Positions 59,106-64,000 of a stretch of 64,000 nt of DNA are shown piece after piece. This DNA comes from Caldisericia bacterium (GTDB taxonomy: Bacteria > Caldisericota > Caldisericia > B22-G15). Position numbers and translations under genes: made by a program. Each line of letters starts with the position of its first letter. The stretch's first letter is position 1. The notes below the pieces were generated by a model. The model saw nothing but the letters and a program-made list of their open reading frames with translations. It was not told where the DNA came from and searched no databases. Where the stretch lies: NCBI GenBank assembly GCA_030018355.1, contig JASEFN010000003.1:83939-147938 (forward strand). Direction: 5' to 3'.

Positions 59106-60306
59106 GCCATCCCTCCTTTTGTATTTTATAAACTTTGTAGTTTTCTAAATCTTTTATCTTCGACAAGTTATTTTTAAAAGTTTCAACATACTCACTTTCA
59201 ACATTATGCACATCACTTCCTATGCTAATCGCTCCAGCATAAATATCATACTCCATGACACCATACCGAGTTTTTCTTTCCTTTACTTTATATAAAATCC
59301 TTACCTGTAAATTATTCTCCTTATGTTTAAAACATTTAAAGTCTTGTAAATCCACACCTTCCAATCTATGGTCTAAATCAGGATCCTGTAGGTTTTGCTC
59401 TATTCTTCGCTTAAGCTCTAATAAAGATTTTTCCGCTATGTTCTTAAAATTTTGGTCCTTGCCAATATACTCTTTAAATAATTTAGATACATAAAAAACT
59501 CTAAACCCTCGCTTATACTTTTCCCATAAAACTATCCCCAAGTTGTTTAGAGAATATAAGTTTTCAACCCTTTCCACTAGACTTAAAATATCTGCATAGT
59601 CTTCCTCATTAATACCCTTCAGTTCACTAACCCCATCCTTTTCCAATTTAGCAAAAAACTCTTCATATTCTTCGAATATCTCCCATTTAATATCTAATGG
59701 AATGTAAGGTATCTTTATTAAAGCATCAGTTTTTTCAAATATATAATAAACAGGACATTTATTCACCTGAGCAAGGATCGTAAGATACGGAATGGTCGCC
59801 TTGTATCCCCCAGTGATGTTAATAATCACATTATCCCAGTATTCATCCGCAATCCTATAAATCTCATTTATCAATTCACTCATACCAACATTAAACTCTT
59901 CTCTATCCTGAACCTGCAAACACTTAATAAATCTTGTGTAAATTTTTTTACTATCAAACCCTAAATCCTGAAGAATTTCTTCTATTAACTGACTCGCAAG
60001 CTTACTTAAAATTGTATCAGAATACAGAAGATAAACTTCAAAATCATCATCCCTTAACTCCTCTTTTAACTTTAAAAGGCTTTTCACTTCCGCCGATAGA
60101 GTCACTTTATTCTCATCTTTTCTTGAGTCAATCCATTCTTTAATTGCATCTCTAAGAGATTGAATCCTCCTCTTTTCTGAATCAAATTCCTCTGCCTTCT
60201 TTTCCTGTAGATCTTCAAAGTAACCTCTAGAAGTGTTATTTCTCTTTTCTTCCTCAAAATAATTCTCAAATATCGATGTCCCAACCATCGTAATTACCTT
60301 CTTCAT
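59098..60306 (-). CDS. CARF-domain protein embedded in the cmr operon, in the Csx1 positional slot, with an unrecognised C-terminal effector domain.
   Basis: The N-terminal beta-strand/loop VITMVGTSIFEN and the NITGGYKATIPYL motif fit the CARF family's [DN]-[IL]-T-[HG]-G-[FY]-[RK]. The C-terminal ~200 aa lacks any R-x4-6-H HEPN motif. Confidence 0.6.
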   Translation of the reverse strand: MKKVITMVGTSIFENYFEEEKRNNTSRGYFEDLQEKKAEEFDSEKRRIQSLRDAIKEWIDSRKDENKVTLSAEVKSLLKLKEELRDDDFEVYLLYSDTILSKLASQLIEEILQDLGFDSKKIYTRFIKCLQVQDREEFNVGMSELINEIYRIADEYWDNVIINITGGYKATIPYLTILAQVNKCPVYYIFEKTDALIKIPYIPLDIKWEIFEEYEEFFAKLEKDGVSELKGINEEDYADILSLVERVENLYSLNNLGIVLWEKYKRGFRVFYVSKLFKEYIGKDQNFKNIAEKSLLELKRRIEQNLQDPDLDHRLEGVDLQDFKCFKHKENNLQVRILYKVKERKTRYGVMEYDIYAGAISIGSDVHNVESEYVETFKNNLSKIKDLENYKVYKIQKEGWHV

Positions 60307-61406
60307 GATACACTCCCAATAAATGTTAAACCATAACCTTCCTCTGGATATATGTCCGAAATATTCTTAAAATGAAAAACATCCTTAACCTTTTGAACAT
60401 CAGAATCATCAAGTATCTGAAAATAATATACACTCCCCGCAGGAACTGCCCTTCGCATAGGTTTTGGCTTATTTTCCGCCATATCCCATCCTCCAATCAA
60501 TTTATATTTCCCAATTACGCAACCAACCAACTTCAATTTAATACCCTTATGCTCTCCTTGAAGCGTATTTTCATCAATCCAACTTGGAAGATAACCCTTT
60601 TCAAAAATTGCCGGTGTAGCAAGATAAATCTTAAATAACCTGTTGTTAAAACTTAAACTTATACCCTTAATCTCTTGAAGTAAATCACTTTCCATTTTTT
60701 CTATCTTCGCAGTTTTCCCTTCTCCGCCAAGCTGAATTATACCCGATTCAGGAACGTCTTCAACCCCCTCAATCCACACAGCAATCGCCACATCACCTTT
60801 CAATTTTTCATCTTTCAACCTTATCATTGGCACATGATAAAGATGCCCCTTTACTGTGGTTTTTGTTATACGGTTTCTTGCAATTCCAATCTTCGACTCC
60901 ACAATGTAAAGCTCATCTTTCTCTGTTAGTCTTAAACCTTTCTTCCCTAATAAATAATCACTCAAATAAATAGCAGTAATATAACCTTCAGCTTCTTTTA
61001 TATGCTCCATACCTTTCCAAACCAAAATCCCATCCATTTGATAATCTGAAATAAATATGTCAGGCCTCTCAGAAAAAGTTAAAGACTTTAAAATATCATT
61101 TCTCTTGTTTTCTTTCTTCTTCAGTAAATCCAACGGCGAAGGAAATAATAATTCCCCTTTTAACAGAATTGAACCTTTAATTTTTAGGGAGCCTTTTGTT
61201 TCAGTCGTTCCTAATTCTTCTTTGAACCTCCCTTCTTTGAAATCTTTCAAACTTCCCTTTTCAAATATTAGCCATGTCCTTATCGCACCATACAATGTTG
61301 TAGGATTTGGTGGAAAAATTATCTCTGTCCAAGACTCCGCACCCATTGTGAAAGGTATTCCACTTCTGAAAAATAAAGTATCATTTGGTATAATCTTATA
61401 CCACAT
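60303..61406 (-). CDS. cmr3: Type III-B Cmr3.
   Basis: N-terminal IIPNDTLFFRSGIPF matches the Cmr3 DxLFFRxGRPF motif. 367 aa. Confidence 0.85.
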   Translation of the reverse strand: MWYKIIPNDTLFFRSGIPFTMGAESWTEIIFPPNPTTLYGAIRTWLIFEKGSLKDFKEGRFKEELGTTETKGSLKIKGSILLKGELLFPSPLDLLKKKENKRNDILKSLTFSERPDIFISDYQMDGILVWKGMEHIKEAEGYITAIYLSDYLLGKKGLRLTEKDELYIVESKIGIARNRITKTTVKGHLYHVPMIRLKDEKLKGDVAIAVWIEGVEDVPESGIIQLGGEGKTAKIEKMESDLLQEIKGISLSFNNRLFKIYLATPAIFEKGYLPSWIDENTLQGEHKGIKLKLVGCVIGKYKLIGGWDMAENKPKPMRRAVPAGSVYYFQILDDSDVQKVKDVFHFKNISDIYPEEGYGLTFIGSVS

Positions 61407-61407
61407 A

Positions 61408-63978
61408 CTACTCTCTCTTATTTAAAAAACTCACAATTTCAAGTAAGTTGGTAAAGTTGTCTAAATCTCCACCAGATTTCCAGAAAAGCTTTTGAATATT
61501 TGTGTAAAAGTCATCAATAAGCTCTTTTCTCTTATTTTTCTCATCCTTTCCGCTTCCTTTATAATTGTAAGCACGAGAAATCAATCTATAAAGTTCACCA
61601 TTGAATACATCCTCAGATGACACCAAGCGCCCATCCTTGTCCTTTAATCTCAAAAATTCCCTTTTTAACTTCTGGATAAATCCATGAGAAATATGCCTTT
61701 CATTCTCATCATCCATTGCATTCTTCGCCCTTTTTATCACATCAATAGTTTGTAGCACATCATTGGTTGTGCTATCCTTGTATATCCACTTGTACATTAC
61801 TATCCTTTCTTCTCCTGACTTCTTTATCAGAAGAATTGAAAAGGAATCTTTACTTGTATTTGATTTCACCATCTTCTCCATCTGGAAAACTTTACCTATC
61901 ACCATTTTTAATGGCTCCTTATAATGTGCAATTACAACCCCCATAGATGCAGTTGCCTTTTTCCCCATCGTAAGGTAATAAACTCCATCTTTTTCCACAA
62001 AACCCGTTTGATTTTCTCCAGATACTTTTATTTGGCCATCTTCAACTCTTGTCTCTCCAGAAAAAGCAAACCTTAACTTCTCCATAACATCAAGTAAATC
62101 TCTTAAATTAACAAAAGCTAACACATCATCTCCGCCAGTATATATGAGTTTCCCAAGATGCTCCTCCTCAACAATTTTCTTCACAAACTCTATGGAGTAA
62201 TTCCTTAAAGCATTTGAAATAGAAGCATGTATTGCTGGCGTTAAAAGCTTCTTTGAAGATTTAACCTTTAACTGCTCCTTAAAATCTTCCGGTAACTTTC
62301 TCCACACCTCAGAATTATAAGTGTTCTCAATCTTCGGAAGAAGCTCACCCGAAAGCCACTTCCCCATGTTGTCTCCATCAAGATAAATTAAAGCATAATA
62401 AGGATTTGGCTTTCCTACTTTTTCAGATAATTGTTTAAGACATTCTTTAATTTGCTTTATCTGCTCATCAGTTAAATCAACATCGAATTCTTCTTTTATT
62501 GACTCCTTTTCTAAATTCTCCTCAAAAAACAATTCACCTTCCACAGTTTTCTGTATTACATCCTTCAACTTTGGTATAGAAGATACAATAGAAAGTTTAC
62601 TGCTCAGTGAATTTTTAAGTAAGTTTTCATATTCTTCAAACTTTTCTCTAGCTTCCTTCAACGCTTTCTTCTTAAAATCTGCTACGGTAACTTCTGCTGT
62701 TGATGGAAATGTCAAATCTTCAAAGCTTCTATCAACTTTTTCTTCAAGATAAAGTTTAAATGTTCTTTTAATGAAGCATAACCCACATAAGCCTTCACCG
62801 CTAGAAAAATACTTATGTTCTACCCTATCAGTTAAATCTATTGCTTCTGGATTGTATTTTGTAAATTTTTTCTTATTCTCTTTTTCCCAGAAAAATAAAA
62901 CATTTCTCTCCCCACAGAGAGAACATTTACGTCCCGTTTCCTCAACTTGCTTAAATTTTCTTAAATTTTTTCTTGCACCCATCCATTTCTCAAGCACAGT
63001 ATAAAGAAGCTGATAAAGTAGACCAATATTTGGAGAATATTCTTCTTTATTCTTTGCAAAATTCCAAAGCTCCTTCCATGCTTTTAATTCACCATCATAG
63101 AAGAAATTTTTAAAGTCATCAACCTCTATATCAGCCTCGCCTTTTCTCCACGGAACTGCAACCCAGTATACCTGTGGAAAATCCACAAGCTGTTTCACTA
63201 TCGCATCTTTTATTTCTTCTGCCTTTAAACTTAACTTTTGCAAAATTACATCCAGAATATTTGATAACTCCTCAAAAATTTTCTCTTTCGCTCTCTCAGC
63301 CAATTGTTTAATTTTTTCTGTCTCAGATTCAGGAATTATCGCAACGAATCTATTTGGGATTGTTGGAATACTAACAAAATCTGAATTTGATTTCTCGACT
63401 CGAATTCCTTTCTCCCTCTCAAGAAACCAATCCATAAGAGGTTGATTGAAAAGATCTGGGTATATAATCGATGTCGGACCATACTCGTTTATTATCACCT
63501 TCATCCCAATGAAGGTTAAATACGAAAGAAGAAAACTCCCAATATAAAGATCTTGTGCTTTCCTTGCCTGTGAAATAAAAGATTGAACAGGACCAATAGT
63601 GAAAAGAAATAACGAATTATTTTGAATTAATTTATCATCATACAAGTATGCATTAACTGCAGATGAAACCTTCAAATGTTCCCATATTGAGTGATCTGGT
63701 ACCCTCGTATCCGCCGGGAAAAGTGGTATATACTTGCACCATGGTCTATTACGGGATCTCTCAATAAGTTTTATAAGTAAATTTCTCCAGATATAAAGAA
63801 ATTTGCGTTCATCATCGTAACTGCTTATTTCTCTTCCAATCTCTTTAAAAACCTCACTAACAACCGAGAAAACCTCAGATGAATTAATATTCGAAATATC
63901 CATCTTCCCCTCACTTAAAGGATGCCTGATTTCATTAAAATCCTGTGAAATCCCAGCTGGAAGCAAACTTCGCTCCAT
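61408..63978 (-). CDS. cmr2: Cas10/Cmr2 large subunit (HD nuclease + Palm/cyclase).
   Basis: HD motif ADTRVPDHSIWEH near the N-terminus. Treble-clef Cys cluster CSLCGERN...CGLC. GGDD cyclase motif IYTGGDDVLAF. An alternative start ATG lies about 25 codons downstream of the track start. The gene lies 22 nt from the window edge. Confidence 0.9.
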   Translation of the reverse strand: MERSLLPAGISQDFNEIRHPLSEGKMDISNINSSEVFSVVSEVFKEIGREISSYDDERKFLYIWRNLLIKLIERSRNRPWCKYIPLFPADTRVPDHSIWEHLKVSSAVNAYLYDDKLIQNNSLFLFTIGPVQSFISQARKAQDLYIGSFLLSYLTFIGMKVIINEYGPTSIIYPDLFNQPLMDWFLEREKGIRVEKSNSDFVSIPTIPNRFVAIIPESETEKIKQLAERAKEKIFEELSNILDVILQKLSLKAEEIKDAIVKQLVDFPQVYWVAVPWRKGEADIEVDDFKNFFYDGELKAWKELWNFAKNKEEYSPNIGLLYQLLYTVLEKWMGARKNLRKFKQVEETGRKCSLCGERNVLFFWEKENKKKFTKYNPEAIDLTDRVEHKYFSSGEGLCGLCFIKRTFKLYLEEKVDRSFEDLTFPSTAEVTVADFKKKALKEAREKFEEYENLLKNSLSSKLSIVSSIPKLKDVIQKTVEGELFFEENLEKESIKEEFDVDLTDEQIKQIKECLKQLSEKVGKPNPYYALIYLDGDNMGKWLSGELLPKIENTYNSEVWRKLPEDFKEQLKVKSSKKLLTPAIHASISNALRNYSIEFVKKIVEEEHLGKLIYTGGDDVLAFVNLRDLLDVMEKLRFAFSGETRVEDGQIKVSGENQTGFVEKDGVYYLTMGKKATASMGVVIAHYKEPLKMVIGKVFQMEKMVKSNTSKDSFSILLIKKSGEERIVMYKWIYKDSTTNDVLQTIDVIKRAKNAMDDENERHISHGFIQKLKREFLRLKDKDGRLVSSEDVFNGELYRLISRAYNYKGSGKDEKNKRKELIDDFYTNIQKLFWKSGGDLDNFTNLLEIVSFLNKRE

Positions 63979-64000
63979 ACATGATGCGATGATATCAGGC

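Noticed and set aside
59098-60306. Interpreting the 402-aa cmr-embedded gene as Cmr1.
   Set aside because: It has no RAMP G-rich loop or RRM-like signature. Instead it has a CARF-type N-terminal strand-loop (MVGTS) and the NITGGYK motif, and it occupies the slot where csx1 sits in Pyrococcus-type loci.
28550-62999. Other short track ORFs inside glmU, prs, ade, ABC and cmr genes, and in the gene desert (28550-28937, 29278-29952, 30155-30829, 32429-32611, 36935-38114, 41084-41727, 42548-43064, 44088-44366, 45646-48035, 49199-49405, 51376-51561, 53523-53726, 54458-54933, 56146-56562, 56840-57434, 58654-58839, 59255-60284, 60372-61425, 62771-63004).
   Set aside because: Same reasoning as above. 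They overlap confidently assigned genes on the opposite strand or frame, or they lie in the ORF-poor desert with no start signals.

Overview
This is an AT-rich (roughly 30% GC) bacterial chromosomal window, apparently from a thermophile, and it is densely coded except for one 2.3-kb gene-free stretch. The main contents, in order:

- **1-7082:** a type IV pilin / pseudopilin gene cluster. It has six genes with the prepilin N-terminal motif G-F-T-L-I-E-L, including a 797-aa candidate tip protein, and a HEPN-nucleotidyltransferase (MNT) toxin-antitoxin pair inserted among them. Hairpin terminators follow the major pilin gene and the large minor pilin gene.
- **7083-7340:** an unusual intergenic block. 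It holds three copies of a roughly 33-bp palindrome with core GTGTCTGACAC; two more copies lie at 12693 and 26551. The block also holds a GC-rich structured element of about 75 nt.
- **7335-12615, minus strand:** DUF4388 protein, NTP-transferase, glmS, glmM and an OsmC-family protein. A clearly recognisable glmS ribozyme sits in the glmS leader and overlaps the last codons of glmM.
- **12730-18101:** an ABC-2 efflux pair with a TetR regulator, a 1006-aa secreted multidomain protein, and tRNA-Gln(UUG).
- **18449-25871:** a CDF cation transporter, an FGGY sugar kinase, a form-IV RuBisCO-like protein and a peptide/opine-type ABC importer.
- **25910-36780:** glmU and prs, a GGDEF cyclase, a P-loop protein resembling cyclic-2,3-diphosphoglycerate synthetase, and a UbiA-family prenyl/phosphoribosyl-transferase.
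- **36823-41492:** adenine deaminase, a cyclic amidohydrolase, an MBL hydrolase, and a eukaryote/archaeal-type Clp1 polynucleotide-kinase homolog.
- **41536-53841:** an ArsR-ferredoxin-MvhD-like redox module, glycine C-acetyltransferase, Fe-ADH, an ABC pair, tgt, a CPBP protease, a methyltransferase::ATP-grasp fusion and an RNA methyltransferase.
- **54504-63978:** the 2.3-kb ORF-free AT-rich desert, then a minus-strand type III-B CRISPR-Cas effector operon: cas10/cmr2 (HD + GGDD), cmr3, an embedded CARF-domain protein with a non-HEPN C-terminal domain, cmr4, cmr5 and cmr6. No CRISPR array, cas6, cas1/2 or cmr1 is visible in the window.

The most interesting candidates are the CARF protein with an uncharacterised effector domain inside the cmr operon, the palindrome family with its associated structured element, the bacterial Clp1-like kinase operon, and the kinase-RLP cluster.
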